Shown: positions 11,201 through 20,067 of the stretch, one piece after another | Position numbering within the stretch: the stretch's first letter is position 1 | Layout of the letters: every line of letters begins with the position of its first letter | From: Candidatus Omnitrophota bacterium | Lineage (GTDB): Bacteria; Omnitrophota; Gorgyraeia; Zapsychrales; JAHFFX01 | DNA length: 64,000 nucleotides | Reading direction: 5' to 3' | NCBI GenBank assembly: GCA_023247705.1 | Contig: JAHFFY010000007.1 | Coordinates: 6,934 to 70,933, forward strand | The notes under the pieces: generated by a model | The model's input: the letters and a program-made list of their open reading frames with translations, nothing else | Database searches by the model: none | Told to the model about the DNA's origin: nothing | Position numbers and translations under genes: made by a program

Positions 11201-14200
11201 CTCTATCTCATCGTTATTCCGCACCATGACCGTGTAGGTGCCGGTTGAATCCGTGCGAAGATATTTATAGCCGTCATACATTTCCCCTGTACTTAAATCG
11301 AGCAAGGCCATATTTCCGGGTTTGAGTTGTATAAATGCCACATCGGCAAATGGATTTATACTCTCAGCGGCAGAGAAGAGATCACTATTAGCGTCATAAG
11401 GGATTTTCTTAACAACATCCCCCTTCTGGAAATCGACAATAACCAGATTATAGTCTATGCCCTGGGTTAGTTGTCGGTACATCAAATACTTGCCGCTTTG
11501 ACTAAAACGGAGTCCATGACTGCGATAAGCCCAGTCGTCACTCAAAGGGGTAATCGCATTGGGAGAAACATTAAGATCGGCTACCTTCGCAAACGAATTC
11601 AACTCATATTTCACCATGGTTTGAAGATCGATCAAGGCCGCGACATTGGCGTCCTTCCTCACGATATAAGCAAACCGCTTATCCGGAGAAATTGCGATAT
11701 CGCCGTCGTTTTTGTCGATAAATAGGGGATTCCAAGATCGCTCTGGATAGGAAATATAAATCTCATCTTGAGTGGTGATTTTATAAAAGCCGTTACTTAA
11801 CAATTCCGCGGACTCAGCATTTTTGAAAACAACTTTACCGGTCCCCGCCTCGATCAATTGATGATTGATTAAAATATATTTCTGCTTGGCGTCCCCAGGG
11901 ACCGCGGTGACGGTGCTCGGTGGGGTGAAAACAAGTCCAGGCGCCGGAGCGATTCCATCCGCTGGGACGCGAACAGGATTTTGCGAATCTTGCGGGTCAA
12001 GATAAATCACATCGCCGGTCGCGGGGTTAAGCAGGACAAAATACTTTCCATCAAAGCTCACAGGTTTATAGCTGCCTTTCTCCAATTGCGATAGCGTTGT
12101 CGGTATATTCGAACTTGAATAATTTGATACATCGCTCAGACTGAGACTTAATCCGAAAGACGTATCCAGCAAATAACGTTTGGAGGAATCCAGAATCCCC
12201 CGCATATCAATATAAAGTTGCGGGAAACTCGTCGTACCCGAATATTCCTGCCGGCTAAACCGCCCTTCCTGATACGAAGCAAATTTTTGCGAAGCTTGAT
12301 CGAAATAAGTAATATCTCCTTTAAATTTATAACTATTTTTCGTCATCGGATCAATCGCAACGGGCTGAGAAAGATCACGGGTGTCAACAACAAGATCGTA
12401 TCGGGGGTGGTGATAGATGTTTTTGGCTACTTGCAAAAGATCCAAATCAGCTAAGTTAACCTCAAAAATGTTTTCAACGGAGACAGGCGAGGTTTGGCCT
12501 AAGTTATTTACGACTCGGACTCCCTTCAATATTCCCTGGGTGTCAACACGCTCATAATAATAATCCGTATTGATCGGTTGGTATTGATAAAGTTGGCCAT
12601 CTTGATCAAAGCGAACCGGGTTGCCTGTTTCCGTCCATATCGTAAAATATTGCTGACCACCAGCATAACTTGTATCAACGATCGAAATTTTTCCACCCAC
12701 CTTGGTGGAATCAATAATTTCAAATCCATGATGAACATAAACTTCCATCTCGCCATTATGCTTGATCATCGCGGTGTAAGTTCCGGTCGAATCGGTGTGC
12801 AGATATTGATAGGCCGTTGTGTTGTTATTAAACAGTTTGGATTCAATGACACTACCGTTTAAAAAATCGCCGGTAAATATGGCCCCATCGGTCAAATCCA
12901 CCAGACTCATCGTTTGATTCTGATGAAAATAAACGAAGGCCACATTGGCGAAGGGATTCATATCATATTCAATATTAACTGAATCCGTGATTCCTTGCGG
13001 TAATTTTCGCACGATCTTGCGCGGATCCGGACTCTCCAGATCCACGATGACAAACGACAACTCATTTGAAGCAGAGATTTCGCGGTACATCAAATATCTT
13101 CCGTCATGGCTAAATCGCAAATCTCGATTTTTGGTGTTCTGAATGTCGGCGGTAAAATTTGGAAGAACGTCCTCCGGGAGAAAACCGGTGATGTCCATAA
13201 AATTATTTTTCAACAAAAATCTGGCGCCGGTCTCGACATTAACGATACTGTCGGTTAAACCGGCGGTTCTTTCCTCGATAAAAGCATATTTCTTATTGGG
13301 CGACGACATAATCTTTCCCTGGGCGTTGGAAGTTGACAACAAAACGACGATGTTGGTGCCTTCCAGATGGACAACTTCCTGTAAAATATTCTGAGAATCC
13401 TCATCGGGGGTTAAGGGTGATTCGGCCTTGGCTTCGGCAGTGTTCTTGATGCTGCGCGTGAGGAGATAACTGTTCCCTCCCAGATGTTCGAACTCTGTGA
13501 CACCGCTTAAAATTTCCGCTGTCGATCCCACCGGTTTCAAAACGCCGTTCACCACCACATGCTTCAGGCTGGCGTTGGTCGGGGCAAAAACAGTTGCCGT
13601 CGGTTGACTTTGCGCGGCCTGAGATTGGCCCGGACGGATCGGATGTTCAGGATCGTCCGGACTCACATAAACGACCTCTTTCGAGGCAGGATTAACAAAA
13701 ACAAAATACTGACCGTCCCAAAAAACATTCGTAAATTCCGTTGAAGAGACACTGGCAAGGATCGTCTCAATAGGAATATCTTTTTCAAAATTATAAAAAA
13801 CGTAATTGGAATTGGAATCCAATACGACAACCAGTCCATTTAACGAACGGGTCGGATCACTTTTACCTTTGGCCACGACCTTCCCTTGTTCAATACGGTC
13901 ACCTGTGTTCAATCTTCTGACGAGATTATTATTCCCATCGATAAATATCAACGATTCACGTCGGAAGAAATGAACAACCTCGTTACCGGACTCAAACGGA
14001 TATTTTATTCCGCTTAAAGCGTCAATCGCCTCCGGATGACTCGGACCAACTAGATTCATAAAATATTCAAGACCGGGCTGTTTAAAGATCAAATTATTCT
14101 GCTCAGGGCTAAAATTCGAAAAATCAAAAGAATTCCAACTCGGGAGCATACCGGGAAGCCCCGGAGAGAATAAAGTAAGTTGATTCCCGTCAAACGTTTC

Positions 14201-17200
14201 TCTGAACTTGTCTTTTAATTTATCCGGATCAACGACACCGGTGACGTCCTGTCCGTCCTGGTCCAAAAAGAGGATTTGTTCCGTTCCCGCTTTATTCACC
14301 CGGACTTCATAATAGGCATCGCCTTCAGACCAAACGGTCGACACCGACTGAATCAAATTGACGTTTAATTGAGAGGCATTGACCATGTTCCCATTGTGAT
14401 GGAAATAAATCACGAATGTACTGGCGATATTTCTAAACGCCGTATAAGTCCCGGAAGAATCGCTGCGAAAAGCCAAGCGCGCTTGATCCGGGATAAACTT
14501 GCCCGCAGCCAGACTAAAAAAATCGATCTCATCATCACCTTTTACTTGAAGAGCAACGATATCGCCAAAATTAGAGAGAGTCAATTCCATTTCTTCTCCT
14601 GGAAGGATAGGATGTTGAATGATAGGCTTTTTCTTTTCTAAATCGATCGCGACAAAGGTCTCCTCATTCGTCTTATTATTTTTTACCACATAGACAAGAT
14701 ACTTACCATCGGCCGTAAATTGGAGGTTGGACATCTTGATCTCCGGAGGAACAACCGGTGCCTGAAACTGCATTTTATACGCCTGAGTTATTACCGCAGG
14801 CACCTCAAAAAAATTTGCTCCTAAGATAAACCGTGAACCATTTTCCAAGTTGAAAATTTCATCAACATCTCCATTGCGTGAGATATAAACGAATTTTTCA
14901 TCCGGTGACATACGCAGCCGCGCTTTGAATTGGTTGGCGTAGTAGACCTCTTCGGGTTTCGATCCTTCTTGCAATCTGATCAATTTATAATAATTGATGT
15001 TTGCGATGTCCTCTATAATTTCGTAATAACCATTCCTCAGAGCCCTTAAGGCCAGAATATTGCCGGCGAACGGGACCTTTTTCCCGGTGGCAATTTCAAA
15101 AATACTCCCCTGGGACAGGATGTGCCGTTGATTGGCATTTTGTGGCACAGCAACAGAACCCATCGCTCTTTTAGATTGAGCGAGCGTCGGCGTACGAACA
15201 ATGGCCGAATTAAATTCATTCACCGCGTCCGAGTCCGGTTGACCGGCGCTTCGTTTAATCTCCTCGATCTCCTCGATCTCCATTTGTTTTGGAACCGCGG
15301 CCGTTTCGTAACCGGTGGTGGTCTCTTCGCCGGTGATGATGTTCAGCAATTCCGTCAGCTTCGCGAATTCTCTCTTTTCGTTGTCATTCAATCCTTCATA
15401 GATTCTCTTGGCGGCCAATTCCTGCAATCTTTTTCCCCACCGCTGGGGAATGGCCGTAAAGCGGTCGGTTTTAATGATCGGGAGCCGATCTTCTTCCGTC
15501 CAGGTATGCCAGTCCGGATGAAACGTTTCAACCCCGCGTAAACTTTCTTGGGTGAACGGAACAACGATCAACGGCAAACGTTTTTGCGCCCCCACGGTGA
15601 CACCTTGAATAATCTCTCCCCCCAGACGTCTTAAACTTGAAACACCTGACCAGTCAAACAAATCCTGATGAAGATAAATGACCTTCTTGCCTTCGGGAAC
15701 AGCCAGCTTCTGAAATTTCCTTTCGTGAGGAAGGATGACTCCGTTATTAGCTTCCACCCGTTCAATGACCGGAGACAAAACTTCCTTGGCCTTCGTTTTG
15801 CTGCTGGCGATCACCCATTCATAATTTGGATTTCCCGTTCCTAATTGCTCCAGCCCAACGATCAAAGTATTGACATAAGCAATTTTTTGGATATCGGTCA
15901 AACTGACGTTGGCAATGATTTTGGTGAAAACATGGTCGATGGCGGATTGAAAAGTTTGCAACGCCCCATCCTTGGAGAAATCGACCTGGATGCGGACATC
16001 CTTGCGTTTCTCGGAGACTTCCATTAACCGGCCGAATTCGACCATCAATCCTCCCTCCACCGTGGAAGAATCAATAATAGACGGCGGAATCTCAACCGCC
16101 AAAATCACCTCTTCGTTTCTGGCAAAAGAAACACGGTGCGGCAAAGACGGGACATGGACCATTTTGACTTTATTGTTCAGTTCTTCGATCTTATCTTCTT
16201 TGGATAACACTTCGGCAAGTTTATCTCCTTCTTTCGGGACAAACATACGGCTGACGGTCTGTTCGTTCATCCCTGTCCCATTATCAATAATGGTCACTGC
16301 ATGAGCACTGAAAGCAATATGAATATCGCCGCGTTCAACAGAAACCGGCAATGGATTTCCGACGATCAATCGTTTATCTTCCACCCCATTGACATGAACA
16401 GGGGCTTCATCTTCAATCTGAGTTGTAATATTCGCAAACCAAACATACGCAAACCGGCGATGAATATCTTCCACCATGGATTCTTGACTATTCTGGAATT
16501 GGGCCTCCCCTTCCGCCTTGGTTCGCAGGATCGGGGTCTTCACTTTAATCTGCACAACCGTCCCCTGGTTCGAGACTGGAGGGAATCCTAAAACCTGTTC
16601 AAACTCTTGCGGGGACTCCAACTGCACGATCTGAATATAGGCTTGCCCATTCGTGTCTTTAAGGATCGTGAGATGATACCAATCCCCTTTTAGGCTGTTA
16701 GCCTGACGGGTCACAATATCAATCCGGTCGCCTCCCGTTGATTCAAGCCAGTCGATAATCTGTTTCACACCCATCCCAAATTGTCCGATCTTAAAATCGC
16801 TTAACCCTAACCGCTCAAGAATGGCATCGAAACTGTTTGAAACAGCCTCGTTGATCCCTTGCGCACGGGGATTAGGATGCTGGCCAACAATGGTGACGTC
16901 TAATCTGGGATCAGTGTAAGTGCTCCGACCATCGGGAAGAGTGTTAATCATATCGATAATCTCTCGCTGGTAATTGCCGCGCACCAAAGCCCTATAGATT
17001 TCCCGATAAGCTTCTTCGGTCGTAAGATTCTGATTAAGATTTAGATTTTTAAGAAGATTCGATAAAATCTGCGGGGCCAGACGGCCTTCTGCCAAACGGG
17101 CCTGCGCGTGCACAAAATGTTCCAGATCGACGCCGCGGAAATTTTGAGAAGGATCAATGTATTCAAATGCGTTGAAACCTTTTCTGATCCGCTCCGAATC

Positions 17201-18925
17201 AGATGCCGATGGCAACCAGGTCGGCTGAGTGATTCCGGCGAACCTTGGGTCAACCGTGGGCACTGGTGGTTTTCTTACTCTCGACCAATTGCGCACATTA
17301 AATCTAGCCAACAATCTTCGGACGCCGATCGATAACTTTCCGGGCAATTCAGATAGCTTACTTGAAAAAAGCATCGCCTTGTCACCATCAACGGACGTCA
17401 ATTGATCTTTCCCCTCGGGATTCTCAGTCAACTTCTGTACGTCCGATCCGCTGATCGACTCAACCGGGACCGGCCTGTCCCAGGTTGTTCCATCCCAGGG
17501 AAGGACATTGCCATCGTCATCATATTCCATAACCGGCTGGACGGTCTCAAGCGACGCTTCGCTCAAAGATTCCCAGGCCGTCTTGATCTCGGGGGAAGAA
17601 TGGTTCAATTCCTGCGCAAGACGATCGAAATCAACCGCGAACGCCTCGCCTAAATTATGCTGTTCGATCCAATGTTTTAGTTGATCCTCTAATAATTCTT
17701 GAGGAGACTCGCTGATCTGAACTTGCGGGTTCGGAGATTGAAAATCCGTTAAAAGATATTCCATGTTCTCCTGGGTCCAGGGGACAAAACCCTCCGGGAG
17801 TGCGGTTCTCCTCGTCAACAGCGTTTGGATGACCGGGCCGTCGAACCCTCCCGAAAAATATTTCCGCGGAATCGTCTCTTTCATCTGGGTATCAAAATCT
17901 TCTTTGATGTAGTTGTAAACTCCCATCTTGAAGGCGTCGATATACTGCTGGTAAATCTTCTCTTTGACTTGCGGATCGTCGGCATTGACGCCGTTGATCT
18001 TCTTTTGATTGGAATAGACTTTATTCAAAAAATTATTCTGTAACGCCTGCTTGTACCAAACAGCCAGGATCATCGAATTGTAAATCTGGCGCAACTGTGC
18101 GAAATTTTTGTTTTCGTTCACCTCGCGCTCGATCTCGGGAATTAAAATATTTTTGGCGATCTGCGATGATAAATTACTGATTTGCTCGACATCCCCCTCG
18201 TTCTGCTGTTGAGTTCCCAATTGTTCGTTGCTCAAATTTTTCTTACGCGAGAGATAATCTTCCTCCAGCATCACGCTTAAATGACTTTCGATGACGAAGG
18301 CTTTCCCCTTATTTTCATAAACAACGGCTTTATCAGGCACAATCCAAACCTTGTTAAACGTATTCAAGGGAATATTTGTCGTCCCATACAACTCATAGGC
18401 TTTTTGATACACCTGATCCCAGAATCTTTTTCCGAGGCCGGTCTCCGGATAAGTCAATGAAGACATCAATTGTTTCAGGATATAATCCTGGGCCAAAAGA
18501 TCTCGCCCCATCTCCGTTTGACCGAAAGCGTCCGGAACGATCCGGTCTTTTTCATACGGAGATAGATTCACCCAAAGATCATCTTCGGGGATCGCCAAGG
18601 TGGCGAGAAAATATTTTATCAATTTTTCGTATTCCGCTTTTAACTCTTTTTTGGGAGAAGTTGTCTGCCCGCGGTCAACGATGAAATCAAATCTCAGAGG
18701 ATTTTCGGGATGAAGAGCCAGACCTCTTAGAATCGGGGGATTAAAAGCGGTCGTTGGAGCGACCATCGTCCCGGGTTTGGGTAGATCAAGATTGGGCTGA
18801 GCGTAAACAACAGCAGAATAATTGAGGATGGGAAAAAGACTTAATCCGACGAAACACAAAAACAAATAAAGCGTGATCCATCGAACCCAGGGACTTCTTC
18901 TATGCTGGACAAAAGAGATAAACAT
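5264..18925 (-). CDS. Giant secreted multidomain protein (4553 aa) with two GHKL/Hsp90-sacsin-like ATPase domains, four beta-rich repeats and an HExxH motif
   Basis: Uninterrupted 13.7 kb ORF; N-terminal signal (AVVYA|Q); EAVSNSFDA, GQFGMG, DNGTGM; ELTQNSKDA, DDGTGL, GFFGTGG; HELAH; C-terminal PPGGIDLNP. Confidence 0.9.
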   Translation of the reverse strand: MFISFVQHRRSPWVRWITLYLFLCFVGLSLFPILNYSAVVYAQPNLDLPKPGTMVAPTTAFNPPILRGLALHPENPLRFDFIVDRGQTTSPKKELKAEYEKLIKYFLATLAIPEDDLWVNLSPYEKDRIVPDAFGQTEMGRDLLAQDYILKQLMSSLTYPETGLGKRFWDQVYQKAYELYGTTNIPLNTFNKVWIVPDKAVVYENKGKAFVIESHLSVMLEEDYLSRKKNLSNEQLGTQQQNEGDVEQISNLSSQIAKNILIPEIEREVNENKNFAQLRQIYNSMILAVWYKQALQNNFLNKVYSNQKKINGVNADDPQVKEKIYQQYIDAFKMGVYNYIKEDFDTQMKETIPRKYFSGGFDGPVIQTLLTRRTALPEGFVPWTQENMEYLLTDFQSPNPQVQISESPQELLEDQLKHWIEQHNLGEAFAVDFDRLAQELNHSSPEIKTAWESLSEASLETVQPVMEYDDDGNVLPWDGTTWDRPVPVESISGSDVQKLTENPEGKDQLTSVDGDKAMLFSSKLSELPGKLSIGVRRLLARFNVRNWSRVRKPPVPTVDPRFAGITQPTWLPSASDSERIRKGFNAFEYIDPSQNFRGVDLEHFVHAQARLAEGRLAPQILSNLLKNLNLNQNLTTEEAYREIYRALVRGNYQREIIDMINTLPDGRSTYTDPRLDVTIVGQHPNPRAQGINEAVSNSFDAILERLGLSDFKIGQFGMGVKQIIDWLESTGGDRIDIVTRQANSLKGDWYHLTILKDTNGQAYIQIVQLESPQEFEQVLGFPPVSNQGTVVQIKVKTPILRTKAEGEAQFQNSQESMVEDIHRRFAYVWFANITTQIEDEAPVHVNGVEDKRLIVGNPLPVSVERGDIHIAFSAHAVTIIDNGTGMNEQTVSRMFVPKEGDKLAEVLSKEDKIEELNNKVKMVHVPSLPHRVSFARNEEVILAVEIPPSIIDSSTVEGGLMVEFGRLMEVSEKRKDVRIQVDFSKDGALQTFQSAIDHVFTKIIANVSLTDIQKIAYVNTLIVGLEQLGTGNPNYEWVIASSKTKAKEVLSPVIERVEANNGVILPHERKFQKLAVPEGKKVIYLHQDLFDWSGVSSLRRLGGEIIQGVTVGAQKRLPLIVVPFTQESLRGVETFHPDWHTWTEEDRLPIIKTDRFTAIPQRWGKRLQELAAKRIYEGLNDNEKREFAKLTELLNIITGEETTTGYETAAVPKQMEIEEIEEIKRSAGQPDSDAVNEFNSAIVRTPTLAQSKRAMGSVAVPQNANQRHILSQGSIFEIATGKKVPFAGNILALRALRNGYYEIIEDIANINYYKLIRLQEGSKPEEVYYANQFKARLRMSPDEKFVYISRNGDVDEIFNLENGSRFILGANFFEVPAVITQAYKMQFQAPVVPPEIKMSNLQFTADGKYLVYVVKNNKTNEETFVAIDLEKKKPIIQHPILPGEEMELTLSNFGDIVALQVKGDDEIDFFSLAAGKFIPDQARLAFRSDSSGTYTAFRNIASTFVIYFHHNGNMVNASQLNVNLIQSVSTVWSEGDAYYEVRVNKAGTEQILFLDQDGQDVTGVVDPDKLKDKFRETFDGNQLTLFSPGLPGMLPSWNSFDFSNFSPEQNNLIFKQPGLEYFMNLVGPSHPEAIDALSGIKYPFESGNEVVHFFRRESLIFIDGNNNLVRRLNTGDRIEQGKVVAKGKSDPTRSLNGLVVVLDSNSNYVFYNFEKDIPIETILASVSSTEFTNVFWDGQYFVFVNPASKEVVYVSPDDPEHPIRPGQSQAAQSQPTATVFAPTNASLKHVVVNGVLKPVGSTAEILSGVTEFEHLGGNSYLLTRSIKNTAEAKAESPLTPDEDSQNILQEVVHLEGTNIVVLLSTSNAQGKIMSSPNKKYAFIEERTAGLTDSIVNVETGARFLLKNNFMDITGFLPEDVLPNFTADIQNTKNRDLRFSHDGRYLMYREISASNELSFVIVDLESPDPRKIVRKLPQGITDSVNIEYDMNPFANVAFVYFHQNQTMSLVDLTDGAIFTGDFLNGSVIESKLFNNNTTAYQYLHTDSTGTYTAMIKHNGEMEVYVHHGFEIIDSTKVGGKISIVDTSYAGGQQYFTIWTETGNPVRFDQDGQLYQYQPINTDYYYERVDTQGILKGVRVVNNLGQTSPVSVENIFEVNLADLDLLQVAKNIYHHPRYDLVVDTRDLSQPVAIDPMTKNSYKFKGDITYFDQASQKFASYQEGRFSRQEYSGTTSFPQLYIDMRGILDSSKRYLLDTSFGLSLSLSDVSNYSSSNIPTTLSQLEKGSYKPVSFDGKYFVLLNPATGDVIYLDPQDSQNPVRVPADGIAPAPGLVFTPPSTVTAVPGDAKQKYILINHQLIEAGTGKVVFKNAESAELLSNGFYKITTQDEIYISYPERSWNPLFIDKNDGDIAISPDKRFAYIVRKDANVAALIDLQTMVKYELNSFAKVADLNVSPNAITPLSDDWAYRSHGLRFSQSGKYLMYRQLTQGIDYNLVIVDFQKGDVVKKIPYDANSDLFSAAESINPFADVAFIQLKPGNMALLDLSTGEMYDGYKYLRTDSTGTYTVMVRNNDEIEIFFHKSKEVKKRADYGVRIAEISTIYKGDEVYFRLTSDSGDLYELDQDGNLTPWQKSLTGIHLEYYTAFGITLGGINGQVGADPNQQIFPPLFLDFVNASPLQHLNQRGIYFDRTLGLIIDHRYPNNSNAIDPVNGYAFTVSVSDEIAGYNANPGLIVFRTPKGEVVQQGWFNGHPTVATIIQGAIDAVPATYRVIHDTSVGTYNFQSLAQLNDIKMIPGVSPDIYTQILFDGTYFLLINPQTGDLYYVNPSAPENPIFVKAGSGATQIFPTMQLTLDDVKPNDAPYRWTIEWDDQGIPALKDNQGNLTARHPDIVNYVRLNSDTFLAYDQNGQVIEIIRMADPVLARYDLKSLNQTLLTYNDHLAVLTDGVHQFVVDLLTLKRINAIDSDANRYPNLKAGEPNSQEIHLSPSGRFTVHRTETGQLVYYDHDDPHPTPKIILTDLINKEYTVLDNADVVVIKTNAGYSLLNLFTKDYVGWGDTKHVEVDSSGTILVGKVETPSSGNLVPSLYVVNLKDNQQANIFVNLNEVRISSDQKYIYVMVASGLIHSFDRKTGKALPSLPVAPEDLPRYWENYDTQQKTIWDRTSQGVPATWPAGMRDSLKYDDETPFNKGRDSIRLSGTDVMVFNRFDSGNGRSLMSGAGIYDLKTGNDFMGSTLLESIPEHSAVSSLKGGNVRYFNSKEGISKVKVGNQAFDFDPHLTFVNQSKTYLLGQQIFTIQGTGGGPIKGFWMLIDSAEKQYPLLGGIPAGFAVVDVNGDYFVLHNADTGETKYFDPKTIVNAKVTQGIPAQQDAGTRVKWNQEVVTRREAWVKRVQSIYQPILELINSGYGEYNARGEINRRLAPLFDELYRAQLREVRARFERAVREGKDFDATASLPFDRFAGRMARLKIFLDGFLNNTTIRDFIRKEEYSYQRDFYVNLFSGLFELAVHWDLSFETVMEKLVKDSELGEEVLYRYLFELLGYGFKVGSQEQLSLIPKFGELIDRLNQITNKQMKLVDLKKILDFLFFVADKGPQNIETMNKQLDKILRARPQTMERFLAKWLTSFASVELADLTDFINHPDSTRALGDARSFASFLTSDGDQVREESSEEKAMFLPEGEDVDLERGGTSLARIAEEEERRPKDDQYGNIVKKSFSKIGVEDVDGLWQDLVARGYIDETQSKVIKKLEKESDVVLQYRFMPYQSAVYRVLQEARKIVMDVDYFIEHRHQLPGAPQNAQMDLVRDSKVQRESGAYTAELTQNSKDARASKLEISYYLRTNQETGKREFVEEIADDGTGLLQEFAMWVARKSTKEFGAQQGTTGFFGTGGLTTFEGVDRLELINNNGIRRYMFVVDVIKDENGNFIDFKLVRMRKITNPNIREGVTVRRVKAEENTIPELDQMLSQRTWKIFTGLAQTDDFKIYFVNYTDNVRRLRQLNVDSKVVSEIDFTIPRFGDAQMTTFGQFRLIATKDMPLQVVDRVGLRVSEIPEPYLKLVPPGLRRHIKELGLNLQIPLPMIRGRSDFEHGDTYYLPYVQKYVAIELFKLIAQKTLSETDPQFTFLNFPTEWRSNDHYWKSIDFNDAPVVRLAQRINDGQYNEITPQELLNLISSQPGLDYEKKVLKLILMLKAPVQGKTTSLLLERIAIQEELDRNRQGRDLARRNIEMLEDIGLRVNRADIPDVRTIAGYQEILRQASGIETGHEQMKNPAAYLVNPDEYTNLEKELIASALQPGKLVGIERVLLTDNRVFFEGAFSTYENRKTMFLRRGLASHIGRSDPRLSILDEATNTIDHELAHLLEQYMVDFFVSSDLWTTGLPVHLSNFTHDRVGTFAESMKYMAAIWLTNSSDWEEEAYQGADRALLKSSDDLNERFLTNLEMQLPLANVAGRMPVHAISQAAKSIGLDHRPDQRGSIMDMAGQNKRSPPGGIDLNPAHFNLQVQGQGTDGAAVPNEQNLEIIPINGLTPVILQITPVTDLPFLLGLSQPAREQLSYSAR
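8861..15150 (-). repeat. Four tandem ~500-aa protein repeats inside the giant ORF
   Basis: Units start VPQNANQRH / APTNASLKH / VPGDAKQKY / KPNDAPYRW, contain (T/S/V)DS(T/S)GT, and end in a DGxYFxxxNPxxxxxxYxxP-like motif (fourth unit NGDYFVLHNADTGETKYFDP). Confidence 0.8.
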
Positions 18926-19104
18926 GGCAGTAAAATTTTTATTTTATTAGTATCAATACTATGATTAAAGTATACCATCTTAATAATTTACAGATATGGG
19001 TTTTATTTTATTGAAAGATGGAAAATCTCAAAACGGCAGGTTGACATGATCGTCAAAAAAAGAGGGTATTTCGAGAGGCCATCACCAGTTTACCGCACAA
19101 CTTC

Positions 19105-19144
19105 AAAAAAATAAGGCCATCCTTTTTAACTCAAATGGCCTTAT
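19105..19144 (-). terminator. Intrinsic terminator of the 19174-20915 operon
   Basis: ATAAGGCCAT/ATGGCCTTAT stem followed by a T6 run on the minus strand. Confidence 0.65.
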
Positions 19145-19173
19145 CGTCACCAACCTTTGTTCCATACATCAAG

Positions 19174-19596
19174 TCAATGATGGCTGTCATGCTTAGATTC
19201 TTCCGACAGATCATCCCAATCGTCTTCATCGGGCTCTGGTCTAGGACCTTTCATTCCCTCTCCCCGCATCCCTTTGCCCATCATCTCCTGCATCTTTTCC
19301 ATGTCCATTTTGATCTCCACTTCCTTGATAACATTCAGATCTTTGTCGTATTTGGTCAATTTATTACCGGCCAAGACGACAATACCACCGTCAGAGGTCG
19401 TCACCATTGACTTTGGCATCATGGCACTCATCATCAGATGTCGTCTCATCATTTTATCTCTTATCTTACCCGACTGATCTCCCTCCATCCTCATATCTTT
19501 TTTTTCCATCATCGGGGGGTTCTTCTCCTCTGCCGATGCCAAAGATAAAGAAAAGACTCCAACGATCACAACCGCTAACCATAGTGCTCTCTTCAT
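19174..19596 (-). CDS. Secreted Met-rich hypothetical protein (possible Cu/Ag binding)
   Basis: Signal peptide, many Met clusters, His-rich C-terminus HDSHH, SD GGAGG; in an operon with YHS and DUF2231 genes. Confidence 0.7.
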   Translation of the reverse strand: MKRALWLAVVIVGVFSLSLASAEEKNPPMMEKKDMRMEGDQSGKIRDKMMRRHLMMSAMMPKSMVTTSDGGIVVLAGNKLTKYDKDLNVIKEVEIKMDMEKMQEMMGKGMRGEGMKGPRPEPDEDDWDDLSEESKHDSHH

Positions 19597-19629
19597 GATT
19601 TCCTCCTCTAAAAATTCTATTTAATCCTT

Positions 19630-20067
19630 TTACCCCTCGACACCAACTCCATATTCATACACCATTTCTCCGCCGTAATAAGCAGCGGTCGATACAAAAA
19701 TGGCTGTGATAAAAACGACAGCCAAGAAGGCGAATCTAAAAATGACAGGTTTTTTTCTTTGAATGATTTTAAGGATCACAAAACTGATCCCCGATCCATA
19801 CATCGTCAAGAAGGCGAACCTTTGGTGCAAATCCAGAACCGGATGATGTAATTTTAAATGGTTTGCTTCGTTCAAGCCTGTTAAGACGACAAACGGGGTG
19901 AGCATGACGGCTAAGACATAAAGATGCCAAGCACTCCGGTGCATAGAATCGTTTTTAAAAATCAAACTCAATGCTTCAATCCCGACCGCGCTCAAAAACA
20001 GCGCGATCGGGAAATGAACGACTTTAGGATGCAACAAATGCAAGTCCCAATGGGAAAGAAATCCCAT
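19630..20067 (-). CDS. DUF2231 family membrane protein
   Basis: HPKVVHFPIAL motif, TG..EA, conserved His, GGEMVYEYGVGV C-terminus. Confidence 0.85.
   Translation of the reverse strand: MGFLSHWDLHLLHPKVVHFPIALFLSAVGIEALSLIFKNDSMHRSAWHLYVLAVMLTPFVVLTGLNEANHLKLHHPVLDLHQRFAFLTMYGSGISFVILKIIQRKKPVIFRFAFLAVVFITAIFVSTAAYYGGEMVYEYGVGVEG

Noticed and set aside
5393-18684. Numerous plus-strand ORFs antisense to the giant gene (and to the RND, uup and btuB genes)
   Set aside because: Typical antisense shadows of long coding regions with no recognisable motifs
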